A stretch of DNA of 63,432 nucleotides, the filler included, from Pirum gemmata (Eukaryota), in NCBI GenBank assembly GCA_002812295.1. It is 25 parts of 25 records of this genome, joined end to end, with 100 filler letters (N's around TTAATTAATTAA, not from the genome) between each part and the next. Parts side by side here need not be neighbours in the genome. Positions count along the whole stretch, not along the records: positions 1 to 2,133 come from PDIN01006873.1; positions 2,234 to 4,573 come from PDIN01006874.1; positions 4,674 to 6,721 come from PDIN01006875.1; positions 6,822 to 9,116 come from PDIN01006876.1; positions 9,217 to 11,533 come from PDIN01006877.1; positions 11,634 to 13,948 come from PDIN01006878.1; 19 more parts are not named here. One strand, written 5' to 3'. The notes under the pieces were generated by a model, which worked only from the letters and a program-made list of their open reading frames with translations, made no database searches and was not told the DNA's origin. Numbering within the stretch: position 1 is the first letter of the stretch; every line of letters begins with the position of its first letter. Of the stretch, positions 1 to 12,470 are shown piece after piece. The translations under genes and the position numbers were made by a program.

Positions 1-324
1 TATTATATAAATATGTTACTATTATTTTACTCAAATCCGGAGCAGGAGCTACTCCGGAGTCTAAATTGGAATATTAAAGGGTATTTTTTTATTACAATAT
101 GACAGTGTTGTCCAGTTCAAAAACTGAAATAAACGTGCCAAAATTATTATTACAGTTAAACTATCAGACATGTTTTAATTAATTTGGTATTTTTTACTTA
201 ATGTTTTATTTTATAAACAAGTCCAATTATACACGTAAACAGTACCAAATTAAAGATTGAGATTACAACTGTAATAAAATATAGATGATATGATTTTACA
301 GATTTTTACCCCTCCACACCCTAT

Positions 325-603
325 CTATAAACCTTAACCCTTACCGTAACCGTAACCCTAACCCTAACCCTAACCCTAACCCTAACCTTAACCCTAACCC
401 TAATCCTAACCCTAATCCTAACCCTAACCCTAACCCTAATCCTAANNNNNNNNNNNNNNNNNNNNNNNNNNNNNNNNNNNNNNNNNNNNNNNNNCCCTAA
501 CCCTAACCCTAACCCTAACCCTAACCCTAACCCTAACCCTAACCCTAACCCTAACCCTAACCCTAACCCTATATTATACCACTAACCCTCTAACCCTAAC
601 CCA
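325..603 (+). repeat. Interstitial telomeric-type (CCCTAA)n array
   Basis: Perfect and degenerate CCCTAA units with unique sequence on both sides. Similar arrays near 11634, 13710, 16297, 25768, 26234, 41441, 55447-55775, 56096, 56869 and 58414. Confidence 0.95.
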
Positions 604-899
604 GCCAAGCACCCCCCATTTTGGTAATAGTCTAAACACTAAACTGTCTAAGTAGTCTAAGTAGTAAAAACAGTGTAAAAACGTGCTACTTTTTTTTACT
701 ATTAAAAATTTTAATTAATACCACCTTTTTTTATATATATTTGAAAGTTTGAAAATTATTCAATACCTATTATATTGATTATGTTCGAAAACTTAAAATT
801 CAAGTGAAACCTAAAAGTTGGTTGTTTTTAAATCACTTGTACATACTATCTAGACTCTAGCTAGTCTAGCTAGATATTGGCGTACATAGACTTGGAGAT

Positions 900-1067
900 G
901 GAGATGCGGAAAAACCATCGAATCGAGATTAGTTCGAAACTTTCGAAACTTTCGATCTAATTTTAAAAGTGTTGGCTCACTTTTTATTTCATGGAAAAAA
1001 ACTCGAAAAAAAAAGAATATTATTTAATAATTCGAATCGAGCTATTTGTTATGTTTCCTGTATCTCC
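900..1067. mobile_element. MITE family C (about 170-220 bp, imperfect TIR GGAGATRCGG..AAAAC..ATCGAATC)
   Basis: Inverted termini GGAGATGCGGAAAAAC / GTTTCCTGTATCTCC. Homologous copies at about 5864-6083, 10934-11141 and 29921-30143, partial copies at 38849-38885 and about 54095-54270. Confidence 0.75.
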
Positions 1068-1097
1068 TGACTCGGGTTCTGGGTAGGTAAATAAAAC

Positions 1098-1133
<36 letters not shown>

Positions 1134-1489
1134 CTTACTTCTAAAGGTCTAGTTTCTAATTTGGTGGCTCCAGTATTCGAATCGTCAAGAATAAATGAGC
1201 ATCTGGAAATGAGTAGGATGAGACGCCCAGCAAACAAAACTCCCAAAAAATATAAAAAGATTATCAAAAAAAGTATAAATACTAACAGTTGCCAAAAATT
1301 ACTACAAAAATTAACAAAGATTTTTAAAAAAATATATAGGAATAAAAAAATAAGTAAAATAGTAGTTAATTTTTAGTATTTTAAAAAGAATAATTATATT
1401 TGAATAATCAAAGTTAGTGTTTGTTAAGAAATAATTAAAATAAATTAATTGAAAGTTTAAGTTTAGTGTGATAAAATAATAACTGAAAA

Positions 1490-1837
1490 ATGCCTGTCAA
1501 CAAAAATATATTGGTACTAGCTATTGTTGCTTTAGCATCAACGTTAACCCCAGCCCCTGTGTACGGCTTACCAACAACATTTACAAGCATAGAACAACAA
1601 ATATCGATACAACAACAGCAACTAATACAACAACAACAACAACAACAAGAAAATATAGTCACAAAGCAAGAGGAAGAGGAAGATTCTGAAGAGGATAATG
1701 ATGTTGAAGCGAAAGAAATAATTTTAGAAATTTTAAACGATCAAAAACATTACTTTGACAAAGTTATCTGCCATAAAATGGCTGAAGATGGGACAACTTG
1801 TTTAGAAAAACGTACAGTCAGATCTCCTAAAATATGA
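1490..1837 (+). CDS. Small secreted hypothetical protein (115 aa)
   Basis: ATG-to-TGA intronless ORF with a hydrophobic N-terminal signal-peptide-like segment, poly-Q, an acidic stretch and a C-terminal Cys pair (CHKMAEDGTTC). Confidence 0.6.
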   Translation: MPVNKNILVLAIVALASTLTPAPVYGLPTTFTSIEQQISIQQQQLIQQQQQQQENIVTKQEEEEDSEEDNDVEAKEIILEILNDQKHYFDKVICHKMAEDGTTCLEKRTVRSPKI

Positions 1838-2133
1838 AGACAAATACCGTAAGAATAGTGTGTAGCACACGATAATTTAATTAATATACAGTGAAGAAAA
1901 TCAGTGTGTAGCACACGATATTTAATTAATATACAGTGAAGAAAATCATTGATTGATTTTTATTTTAAAATTTTAAAAATAATGAACGTTTAATTTTTGA
2001 ATATATCTAATAAAAAAAATCGAAAGCCTTTTGAGAAGGATAATGCATAAACAACGAAAATATTATTATTTATTATTATTTATTATTTATTATTTATTAT
2101 TATTATTTATTTATTATTTATTTATTTAATTTA

Positions 2134-2233
2134 NNNNNNNNNNNNNNNNNNNNNNNNNNNNNNNNNNNNNNNNNNNNTTAATTAATTAANNNNNNNNNNN
2201 NNNNNNNNNNNNNNNNNNNNNNNNNNNNNNNNN
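2134..2233. other. Artificial contig linker N44-TTAATTAATTAA-N44 (first of 24)
   Basis: Identical 100-nt spacer with stops in all frames recurs starting at 2134, 4574, 6722, 9117, 11534, 13949, 16345, 19428, 21885, 24282, 26742, 29172, 31579, 34035, 36460, 38886, 41341, 43745, 48355, 51276, 53702, 56126, 58551 and 61005. Confidence 0.98.
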
Positions 2234-3262
2234 TATTATTATTATATTAATATTTATTATTTCAAATAAACTCAAAATGAGTTCAAGTAAAACATTTATA
2301 ACGAGATGTATAAAAAGCCTTCCAAGATTATGTTACAGATGTAGCTCTGGAAAGAAACTGGAAAGCATATTGGAGTCCTGTTGAGGGTAATAATAATGAT
2401 GATGATAATAGTGAATCTGATTCAGGTGAAAATAATATTTTTATTTGTCAAAAGACGTACAGATAGTGCAACACCTGTGTATAAACCAAAGAGATTCCAA
2501 TTTACGCAGTTCACAGTGGAAGATGAAAGTGACACTTCTGAAGATGAAGTGGAAGAAATTTCAATTGAAAGAGTAGTTCAAGCTGAATTGGAGAAATTTG
2601 AAAATCTTATAATTAGGAAGGGTTTTAAGCCAAGAGAAACCGAAACAACTGGCTTAAACTTTGATATTGCTGAATGGTGGAAGGATAATGTTAACAGATT
2701 CCCCCTTCTTGCTGCATGTGCCTTTAGATTACTTTCCGTTCCAGCCTCTGGTGCACCAGCTGGGAGAGCTAATTCTAAATTAGAGTTCCTTAGCCGTGGA
2801 AACAAGAACCGCATTGATTCTACTACGTTAAAAGCAATAGAGTTGTAATGTCTATGCATTCAAGAAATGTACTTATGGATCATTTTCTTTCGTCACAATG
2901 ACACTATGACGTATATATATATTGTTTATATGACACAATTATTGTAATTTACCTTTTTTTTTGTCAGAAAAAAAACTGAAAAAAGGCAAATAATAAAAAA
3001 TTACTTCAAACAAGTCGGTCGGTCGATGTCGGGGAGGTCAAATCAAAGTCGGTCGATTTGAAAAAAATTACTTCAAACAAGTCGGTCGATTTGAAAGAAA
3101 TTACTCAAACAAGTCGGTCGATGTCGGGGAGGTCAAATCAAAGTCGGTCGATTTGAAAAAATGGTCGGTCCGGTCCGGGAGTGCAAAAAATGGTCGGTCC
3201 GGTCCGGGGGGAGTGCAGAAAATGGTCGGATTTGACAACCCTCTTCAGTAGTGACAACCCTG
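2234..3262 (+). mobile_element. Right portion of a hAT DNA transposon
   Basis: Transposase remnant, then subterminal GTCGGTC(G/C) repeats (about 3012-3230), then TGACAACCCTG at 3252-3262 (reverse complement CAGGGTTGTCA, a hAT-like terminus). Confidence 0.75.
2381..2848 (+). pseudogene. hAT transposase C-terminal dimerisation domain remnant
   Basis: WWKDNVNRFPLLAACAFRLLSVPASGAPAGRANS..KNRIDSTTL matches the hAT dimerisation motif (WW..FP.L..A..LSxPASS..ERxFS), with ERxFS degenerate and the upstream frame broken. Confidence 0.85.
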
Positions 3263-3583
3263 GACTCCAGTTCAAAAACAGAAATAAACATACCAAATTA
3301 TTATTATGGTTAAACTATTGGACATATTTTAATTAATTTGGTATTTTATAATTGCTGCTATATTTTATAAACAAGTTCAATTATACACTTAGACCTCTTG
3401 TCAAGTACGATAGTTGTTATGATAATTATTATAGTTGGGTTGTTATGATTTATATGATATTATCATAGTATATCGATAATCGTTAGACTAGAGTCGTTAG
3501 TTAGACTCCTAGCTACTAGAGCTATCGATAGTAGCTCTACTCTAGCTAGCTGGCAGACCCCTCTAGCTAGCCAGAGACTAGCC

Positions 3584-3782
3584 AGGGAACATTCATAATA
3601 AAGGATGTCACTTCAGCTGCCACTTCTTATTCTTTGATAGAAGTCATTGCTCGAAAGTGTGACTTAAACTGTTTTAGGCAGTAATTAATTATTAAAATGA
3701 ACTTTAAAATTATGACCAAAAGTGTTTTGGACAAAGAGGCATAGGTAAGATTAAGTGACGTCCTTTATATGGATGATTCCCT
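3584..3782. mobile_element. PIF/Harbinger-like MITE
   Basis: About 28-bp imperfect TIR AGGGAACATTCATAATAAAGGATGTCAC / GTGACGTCCTTTATATGGATGATTCCCT. Confidence 0.65.
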
Positions 3783-4228
3783 ATCAATACCAGTAGACTA
3801 TGATAATGATAGTTAGTTCAAAGAAGGAAAGGTAGGCGTCACTAGGTTGGATTTTAAGTGAACCGTACGATCCAAACATTCAAGTCGATATGATATGATA
3901 CCGTTAATTAAAAAGAGAAAAACCGAACATTCAACTCGATCTTCTTCATTAATTTATCGAAGTAGACTGTATCGATAGTAGTACTGTAGTATTGATACTA
4001 TCCTGGTGATACTATCAATAAATAAGTCTCCACTCAGACCCTTGCTAGCTAGCTAGACTCCTAGCCTAGCTAGACTCAGACCCAATACTAGACTTCTAGC
4101 TAGCTAGTAGTCTAGTAGGTCTCCAGTAGGATAGACCAGGGACGTGACCCGGACGTCTAGTCGGGTCTAGTTACTCTAGCTAGTAGCTATGATAGTCTCT
4201 ACTCTTTTTTAAAATCATAGACCTAGTC

Positions 4229-4417
4229 TATCGTGCTTTTCAGTTTTGTCATCATATAATAACATACGATAAAGAGTACCAAATTAATACTGTATAAGTC
4301 TATTTTACTTAATCTGGTATACTTTATAATCTAATTATTAATTTAAAAATATCAAATTAAGTATTTTAACCAACCAAATAAATATTCAGTGTGACGAAAT
4401 AAATGGAAAACACAATA
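4229..4417. mobile_element. MITE family B (about 190 bp, TIR TATCGTGCTTTTCA)
   Basis: Copies at 4229-4417, about 4830-5017, about 5297-5468 (inverted), about 38365-38539 (inverted) and 49100-49293. Left end TATCGTGCTTTTCA is the reverse complement of right end TGAAAAGCACGATA (5004-5017). Confidence 0.8.
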
Positions 4418-5042
4418 CTTTAGTTAGACTATTAGACTCAGGACTATTAGAAGTAAAGAGGATTATGATAGTCCATGATAGCTAGCTAGTAGCAAGTTTG
4501 GGCCTCTGATTGGCTCAAGAAAAGAAAACTGGAAAAGAAAAGCGGTCAAAAAAAAAAAAAAAAAAAAAAAAAANNNNNNNNNNNNNNNNNNNNNNNNNNN
4601 NNNNNNNNNNNNNNNNNTTAATTAATTAANNNNNNNNNNNNNNNNNNNNNNNNNNNNNNNNNNNNNNNNNNNNTCTCTCGTTTTTGTAACCCTATTTTTT
4701 CTATATAGTCTATCATATAAAAAGAACTAGTAAAACAAATTATTTCACGAGAGAAGCAAATGACGTAATAGAAACCTTTTAGAGGGATGACTTCATATAT
4801 CTTTTCATATATTTAGGTAGTGTACATAAATGGTACTTTTCAGTTGTTTTGTCATCATAAAGTATACAATAAATAGTACCAAATTAATACAATATAAACC
4901 CATTTAATTTAATTTGGTATATTTTATTATATATTTATTGATTTAAAAATGATAATTTAAAGATTATAACCCTCCAAATAAATATTCAAAGTGAGAAAAT
5001 AAATGAAAAGCACGATAGACTATTATTGTAGTATTTTTAAAA

Positions 5043-5246
5043 TATCGTCTATTTCATTACAGTTGTCCTTTCAATTCTTTAATTTGGTACTTTTTAAGTG
5101 TATAATTGAACTGTTTTATAAAATGTAATATTAAGTATAAAATACCAAATTAATTAAAACATGTCAAATAGTTTAACCATAATGATAATTTGGTAAGTTT
5201 ATTTCAGTTTCTGAACTGAACAACACTATTATTAAAAAACACGATA
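5043..5246. mobile_element. MITE family A (about 200 bp, TIR TATCGT..TTTCA)
   Basis: Copies at about 104-292, 3266-3390 (partial), 5043-5246, 11910-12095, 26408-26606, 47535-47728, 60694-60900 and 62328-62503, in both orientations. Ends TATCGTCTATTTCA / TGAAAAACACGATA in the 26408 copy. Confidence 0.82.
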
Positions 5247-5520
5247 GACCTATCTCGATACTCCAACAATATCTACAACAACGACTTCAACGCTATACGT
5301 CCTTTTCATTTATTTTGTCACTCTGAATATTTATTTGGAGGGTTATAATCTTNAATCGACATTTTTAAATAAATACATAGATAATAAAATATACCAAATT
5401 AAATTAAAAGGATTTATATTGTATTAATTTGGTACTATTTATTTTTTATTTTATGATGACAAAACAACTCCTTTTTTTATAGTCTAATAAAAGGAAAACA
5501 GGAACTTTTTTTTTGAACAG

Positions 5521-5753
5521 CCAAGACGGATAAAACTGTAGAAATCATTATTTTTTAGACTTCTTTTCTAAAAACCTTTAATTATAACTAGCCAAGTTAT
5601 TTTTAAAAACTAGCTATTGGTTCATAATAGAGTTTTATTACTATAATCTTTCTCAAAATTTGGTAGTACTTTTATTAAAATTGGGTTATTTTGATATTTT
5701 TTAGATTTTGAGCTCATAATTATGGCAGATGTCGCCATTTTTATCCGGCTTGG
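5521..5753. mobile_element. MITE family G
   Basis: TIR CCAAGACGGATAAAA / TTTTATCCGGCTTGG; homologous copy at about 61680-61920. Confidence 0.7.
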
Positions 5754-6512
5754 TATGATATATAGTTAAAAAAATAAAACATCTAGGTAGACTCTACTAG
5801 CTAGCTAGCTAGCAGCTCTATCTAGCTAGCAGCTAGTCAGCCTAATTTGCAACTTTTTAAAAAGGGTGATGCCGGAAAAACCATCGAATCGAAACTATTT
5901 CGAAATTTTCGAAATTTTTCGATCTAATTTTAAGAATTGACTCATTTCTGATTTGAAAAATATTTCTTAGAAATTTCATAGAAAAAACTTGAAACTCGAA
6001 AAAAAAAGAATATTATTTCAAAATTTTCACTATTTAATAATTAGGATCGAGTGTTTGATTCGATTATGTTTTCCCATATCTCCAACCTGACAACCACTAG
6101 CCTAGCTAGCCTAGCCACGTTATAATTAACAAATTTGGTATTAAATACAATTGAATTGGAAAAAAGTATAAATTTTGGCACCGAATAATAAAAAGATGCC
6201 AAAAAAGGGAATAATGCAAAGCAAAAAGGTACAAAAACATTATTCTTAAATGACGTCATTTTCCCGCTACTAATTTTGTAAAAAAATCCAAGTGCCCAAC
6301 CTTAATGTTCTGGAGACCAAAGCTCGAAAAAATAAAAAAAATAAAAAACAAAAAACGAGTTTTAACTTTATTGCCGATCAAACACAGAGTGTACTTATAT
6401 AGTTTGAAAAATATTTTAATGAGCTCGATTTGTGTTTGAAACATAACTTTTTTTTCAAACCCTCCATCCCTATTTTTTCTTGTTTTTTTTTTTTTTTTTT
6501 CTAAAAGACTTC

Positions 6513-6557
<45 letters not shown>

Positions 6558-6576
6558 TTTTTTTTTATATTTTTCT

Positions 6577-6633
<57 letters not shown>

Positions 6634-6821
6634 CTCAAAAAAAAAACCCTTTTTTCTGTGATAGTCGCGATAGTCTAGCTCTGGTTCTTTAGTTCTTTTT
6701 TGCTTTTTTTTTTATTTATTANNNNNNNNNNNNNNNNNNNNNNNNNNNNNNNNNNNNNNNNNNNNTTAATTAATTAANNNNNNNNNNNNNNNNNNNNNNN
6801 NNNNNNNNNNNNNNNNNNNNN

Positions 6822-7720
6822 AATTATAATAAAACATTTAGTATTTTGATTTACAAAAAAGGAAAAAACAGATATACATCGTAAGTAAAAAGTTAAACCC
6901 AACAAAATCAAACTCAAAACCTCTTCATATTATTTTGTTGGTGAGTATAATCAGCAAACTAAATTCCAAATTAAGCAATTAAATAATTATAATAACACAT
7001 GTAGTATTTCGATTTACAAAAAAGGAAAAACACAGATATACATTGTAAGTAAAAAGTTAAACCCAACAAAATCCTTGGCTTCATATCATCAAACTGAAAA
7101 CCATAATTAGAAACCTTAATTCCAAATTAGGAAATTAAATATTTCAGTATTTCTGTTGGTGACTACAATTAGAAGCCTAAATTCCAAATTAGGCAATTAA
7201 ATAATTATAATAAAACATTTAGTATTTTGATTTACAAAAAAGGCAAAAAACAGATATACATCGCAAGTAAAAATTAAACCCAACAAAATCCCTGGCGTCA
7301 AATCATCAAACTCAAAATTTCTTTTCATATTTTGTTGTTGAGTATAACTAGCAAACTAAATTCCAAATTAGATAATTAAATATTGTAATAACTAATTTAG
7401 TATTTTGATATACAAAAAAGGGAAAACACAGATATACATTGTAAGTAAAAAGTTAAACCCAACAAAATCCTTGGCTTCATATTATCAAACTGAAAACCAT
7501 AATTAGAAACCTTAGTTCCAAATTAGTAATTAATATTCAATATTTCTGTTGGTGACTACAATTAGAAGCCTAAATTCCAAATTAGGCAATTAAATAATTT
7601 AATAAAAATATTATTACCGGTATTTTGATTTACAAAAAAGGAAAAAAAATCACAGATATACATCGTAAGTGAAGTTAAACCCAACAAAATCCTTGGCTTC
7701 AGTTTGTACATCATCAAAAA
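6822..7720. repeat. Tandem satellite, about five diverged 160-220 bp units
   Basis: Recurrent core GATTTACAAAAAAGG..CAGATATACAT.GTAAGTAAAAAGTTAAACCCAACAAAATC. Confidence 0.85.
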
Positions 7721-7769
7721 GTGGAGCTTTCGTGGGGGACTCGGTAGGTTGACATGTAAATTCAGTTTC

Positions 7770-9116
7770 AAAATTAGCAATATCAAAAGTAGTATTCTAA
7801 AATAATAATTGAAATGGATTTGGGCAAGGTTTAAGAGTTAGGGTAAGGCTAAAGGTTAGGGTTAGGGTTAGGGTTAGGGTTAGGGTTAGGGTTAGGGTAA
7901 GGCCGGTTGACATGTAAATTCAGTTTCAAAATTAGCAATATCAAAAGTAATATTCTAAAATAATAATTAAAATGGATTAGAGTTAGGGTAAGGTTAAAGG
8001 TCAGTTAAAGGTTAGAGTAAGGGTTAGGAGTAAGGGTTGGGTTTAGGGTTAGGGTTAGGGTTAAGGGTAAGGGTTGGGTTTAGGGTTAGGGTTAGGGTAA
8101 GGGTTGGGGTTAGAGTTAGGATTAGCATTATCAAAAGAAGTATTCTAAAATAATAAATGAGAAGGATTAGGGTTAGAACAAGGATAAAAGGTTAAGAGAT
8201 AGGGTAAGGTTAAAGGTTAAAGCTTAGGGTCAGGTTAGGGTTAAGGTAAGGTTAAAGGTTGGGCTAGGATAAGGTTAAAGGTTAGGGTTAGGGTCAGGTT
8301 AAAGGTTAGGGTTAAGGTAAGGTTAAAGGTAAGGGTTAGGTAAGGTTTTAGGTTGGGGTTGGGGTTGGGGTTAAGGGTTAGGGTTGGGGTTGGGGGTAAG
8401 GGTTTGGGTTGGGAGTTGGGAGTTGGGGTAAGGGTTGGGAGTTGGGGTAAGGATTAGGAGTTGGGGTAAGGGTTGGTAGTTGAGGTAAGGGTTGGGAGTT
8501 GAGGTAAAGGTTGGGAGTTGAGGTAAAGGTTGGGAGTTGGGGTAAAGGTTGGGAGTTGGGGTAAGGGTTGGGAGTTGGGGTAAGGGTTGGGAGTTGGGGT
8601 AAGGGTTGGGAGTTGGGGTGAGGAGTTGGGGTAAGGGTTGGGAGTTGGGGTAAGGGTTGGGAGTTGGGGTAAGGGTTGGGGGTTAGGGTAAGGGTTGGGA
8701 GTTGGGGTAAGGGTTGGGGGCTGGGGTAATGGTTGGGAGTTGGGGTAAGGGTTGGGAGTTGGGGTAAGGGTGGTTGGGTGTAAGGGTTAAAGTTGGGGTT
8801 GGGGTTGGGGGTTAGGGTTAGGATATGGTTCTTCAAAATTAGCAATATCAAAAGTGGTATTCTAAAATAATAAATTAAAGGGTTAGGGTTAGGGTTAGGG
8901 TTAGGGTAAGGTTAAAGGTTAGAATAAGGTTAAGGTTAAAGGTTAGAATAAGGTTAGGGTTAAAGGTTAAAGGCTAGGGTAAGGGTAAGGGCAAGGGTTA
9001 GCTTAAAAGTTAGGATTAAATGTAAGGTTAAAGGTTAAATGTAAGGTTAAAGGTTAAATGTAAGGTTAAAGGTTGGGGTTAGGGGGTAAGGGTTAGGGTT
9101 AGGGTTAGGGTTAGGG
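7770..9116. repeat. Subtelomere-like block of degenerate TTAGGG variants with a repeated AT-rich spacer
   Basis: TTAGGG, TAAGGG, TTGGGG and TAAAGG variants, an 18-bp GGGAGTTGGGGTAAGGGTT-type minisatellite (about 8410-8765), and four copies of ATTAGCA.TATCAAAAG..GTATTCTAAAATAATAA. The contig ends in perfect TTAGGG. Confidence 0.85.
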
Positions 9117-9385
9117 NNNNNNNNNNNNNNNNNNNNNNNNNNNNNNNNNNNNNNNNNNNNTTAATTAATTAANNNNNNNNNNNNNNNNNNNNNNNNNNNN
9201 NNNNNNNNNNNNNNNNATTACTATTATTATTATCATCATTATTATTATGATTATTATTTATTATTTATTATTATTATTCAACTTTTCTTGCTAATATGAA
9301 AACTCTGGTCATCGTTTATTACCCAACCCCTCCTTGATTTTTTTCTTATTGAAACCATAACCTGAATTGATGTGAATTGAGTTTA

Positions 9386-9476
9386 GGGAGCTTTCATAAA
9401 TAACACCACTCTTATTTTTTGGTTTTCCGTACCCCCCCTAACCCCTAACCGAGTGATGTCATTTATGAATGTTCTC
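9386..9476. mobile_element. Small Harbinger-like MITE with TTA target-site duplication
   Basis: TIR GGGAGCTTTCATAAATAACACCACTC / GAGTGATGTCATTTATGAATGTTCTC, with TTA on both sides (9383-9385 and 9477-9479). Confidence 0.7.
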
Positions 9477-9516
9477 TTATATCAAGTTTGTCAACGTTAA
9501 AACTGTAATTATTTAG

Positions 9517-10926
9517 ATATGTAGATAGTATTGATTGGGTAAAACAAACAGTAAATCGAAGACTTGCAAAATCACATGGCTTTTATTTACAGCATGTTAA
9601 AGAGACTTGTTTAGTGGGAATAAAGGTATTTTAAACATTTAAAAGAATATTTTGATTTGACTTTGACCAGATACTACTAATATGAAACATAATTAATACA
9701 ATACTACTGATGACAATAAATGTATGCAAATCGAAATACAATACAATATTAAAAAGATAGAACATTTTAATTAAATAAGAATTTCACGAATGGTTAATGA
9801 TGTTTAAAACTTTAAATATTCCTGTTTATAGGGAAATGCTCGGTATGAAAAACAAAGTGGGACTGATGTTATATTTGCTAAAAGAAGGGGACAGAGTCAA
9901 AAGCCAGAAGAAATTTATCATATGATTGAAAAGCTGGTACCTGAAGGTAAATAGCTGTTAGTTTATCATTTCAACTGTCATGTGAAATAATAGTAATAGC
10001 AATAGTAATGGTATTAGCAATTATTAATAGTAATAGTAATAGTAATAGTAGTTATTGATAGCAATAGTAATAGCAACTATGAAAGGAAATGGTAATTGTA
10101 ATAGTAATAGTAATAGTAATAGTAATAGTAATAGTAATAGTAATAGTAATAGTAATAGTAATGGTAATAGTAATAGTAGTAATAATAGTAATAGTAATTA
10201 TTTATAGTAATAGTAATGGTAATTATTAATAGAAACAGTAATAGCAACCATTAATAGTAATAGTAATAGCAACCATTAATAGTAATAGTAATAGTAATAG
10301 TAATAGTAATAGTAATAGTAATAGTAATAGTAATAGCAATAGCAATAACAACAGTAATAGTAATAGTAATAGTAATAGNTGATAGTAATAGTAATAGTAA
10401 TAGTAATAGTAATAGTAATAGTAATAGTAATAGTAATAGTAATAGTAATAGTAATAGTAATAGTAATAGTAATAGCAATTATAATAAGTATAGTAATAGT
10501 AAGAGTAAGAGTAATAAATAAGTACAATCTAGAATAATAGCAATGGTAATAGTAATATTAATGTAGTTATAATAATAACAATAGTAAAGAAATTACTACA
10601 TATGAGACCATTACCATTCAATGTCCCTCTTTACTAAACACAACTACAATTATCTAATAATCAATATCATTATTCTTATAAGATTCTGGTATATTATTTC
10701 TTATCCTTATCATAAGACAATACCAATGTTTAACCCATTTGAATATCCCTTTGTGTTTTTGGACTACTTTTGTTATTTGTAAATTCACGTATTAATGTAT
10801 TAATTATTTTAATTACTATTGTTGTTTCTTACTTATTCTCTGTAAATCCCAGGAAATTATTTGGAAATATTTGCAAGACGGAATAATCTGAGAAATTTTT
10901 GGGTGTCTATTGGAAATGAATTATAA
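9517..10926 (+). CDS. AMT1: MT-A70 family N6-adenine methyltransferase, AMT1/MTA1 clade; last three exons (9517-9625, 9832-9946, 10853-10926)
   Basis: GT-AG spliced translation YVDSIDWVKQTVNRRLAKSHGFYLQHVKETCLVGIK|GNARYEKQSGTDVIFAKRRGQSQKPEEIYHMIEKLVPE|GNYLEIFARRNNLRNFWVSIGNEL* has consistent phases. HGFYLQH, RRGQSQKPEEIY and YLEIFARRNN..WVSIGNEL are characteristic of ciliate and early-fungal MTA1/AMT1. Confidence 0.92.
9985..10560. repeat. Intronic (AATAGT)n microsatellite
   Basis: Long hexamer array inside the last AMT1 intron. The same motif class occurs at 16760-17067 and 57260-58320. Confidence 0.95.
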
Positions 10927-12127
10927 AATGAGAGGGAGATGCAGGAAACCCTTTTCAAAAATTTTCGATCTAATTTTGAGTATTGACTCACTTTTGATTT
11001 CATTAGAAAATTCTAAAAAATTCTTAGAAATTTCATAGAAAAAACTTGAAACTCGAAAAAAAACGAATATCATTTCAAAATTGTCACTTTTTAATACTTA
11101 GGGTCGTGCTGCTTGATTCGATTATGTTTTCCCGTATCTCCAGGTGTTCTTTCCCTGATTTTATACTACGACCAGATGTTATGCTGGTTATAAAACTTAG
11201 CTGTATTGGAATTGTATCATGTATCTGTCCATGTGGTGCCATTTCATTTTTATTAAAGTGACGTAATAATAATTTATAATGGCATCTTTTGACGTAGCAA
11301 TGGTGTAAGGATATTGTACGATGTAAATAGTGTTCTATATTATATAGTAGTTCTTTGGAAAAAAATTAAATAAAACAAAGGATGATCATGACTTACTAAG
11401 AACCGATTCGCGTGTACATAATCATACCATAAAACCATACAGTTTTATTTATTTATTCATTTAATTTATTTATTTATTTTATTTATTTATTTTATGTATT
11501 TATTTTTATTTTATTTATTTTATTTATTTTATTNNNNNNNNNNNNNNNNNNNNNNNNNNNNNNNNNNNNNNNNNNNNTTAATTAATTAANNNNNNNNNNN
11601 NNNNNNNNNNNNNNNNNNNNNNNNNNNNNNNNNCCCTAACCCTAACCCTAATAGTCCCTAACCCTAACCCTAACCCTAACCAAAACACTATACAAAGAGT
11701 TTCCCTCCTAAGGGAGTTTTCAAATACTACTCCAAATGCAGCTTCAAATACCCCCTACCTACCTACCCCTCGACGTTAACTTCCGGTTAAATACCGCCTA
11801 CCTACCTACCTACCATCAACCGCAAGATCAAAATCAAAATCAAATTTTAGCTTTTTTAAAAGAAACTATAGAGTGCAAGCTAGAGAGCTACAGAATATAA
11901 TATCGATATAATCGTTTATTTCATCTCAATCTTTAATTTTGTACTGTTTAAGTGTATAATTGAGCTTGGTTATAAAATACAACATTAAGTATAGAATACC
12001 AAATTAATTAAAAAATGTCTGATAGTTTAACTATAATAACAATTTGGTATGTTTATTTCAGTTTTTGAACTGGACAACACTATTGAAAAACACAATGATA
12101 ATTACCCTAACCCAACCCTGTGGTACC

Positions 12128-12470
12128 ATAAACAATAAACAATAAACAATAAATATATTAATATATTATAATAACAAACAATAAACAATAAACAATAAAC
12201 ATTAAACAACAAACAACAAACAACAAACAACAAACAACAAACAACAAACAACAAACAACAAACAACAAACAACAAACAACAAACAACAAACAACAAACAA
12301 CAAACAANNNNNNNNNNNNNNNNNNNNNNNNNNNNNNNNNNNNNNNNNNNNNNNNNNNNNNNNNNNNNNNNNNNNNNNNNNNNNNNNNAAACAACAAACA
12401 ACAAACAACAAACAACAAACAACAAACAACAAACAACAAACAACAAACAACAAACAACAAACAACAAACA
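12128..12470. repeat. (AAACAAC)n / (AAACAAT)n heptamer microsatellite
   Basis: Direct heptamer array; the opposite orientation occurs at 13254-13503 and 25190-25430. Confidence 0.95.

Noticed and set aside
8378..8851. Pro-rich extensin-like ORF
   Set aside because: Reading frame through degenerate telomeric minisatellite DNA.
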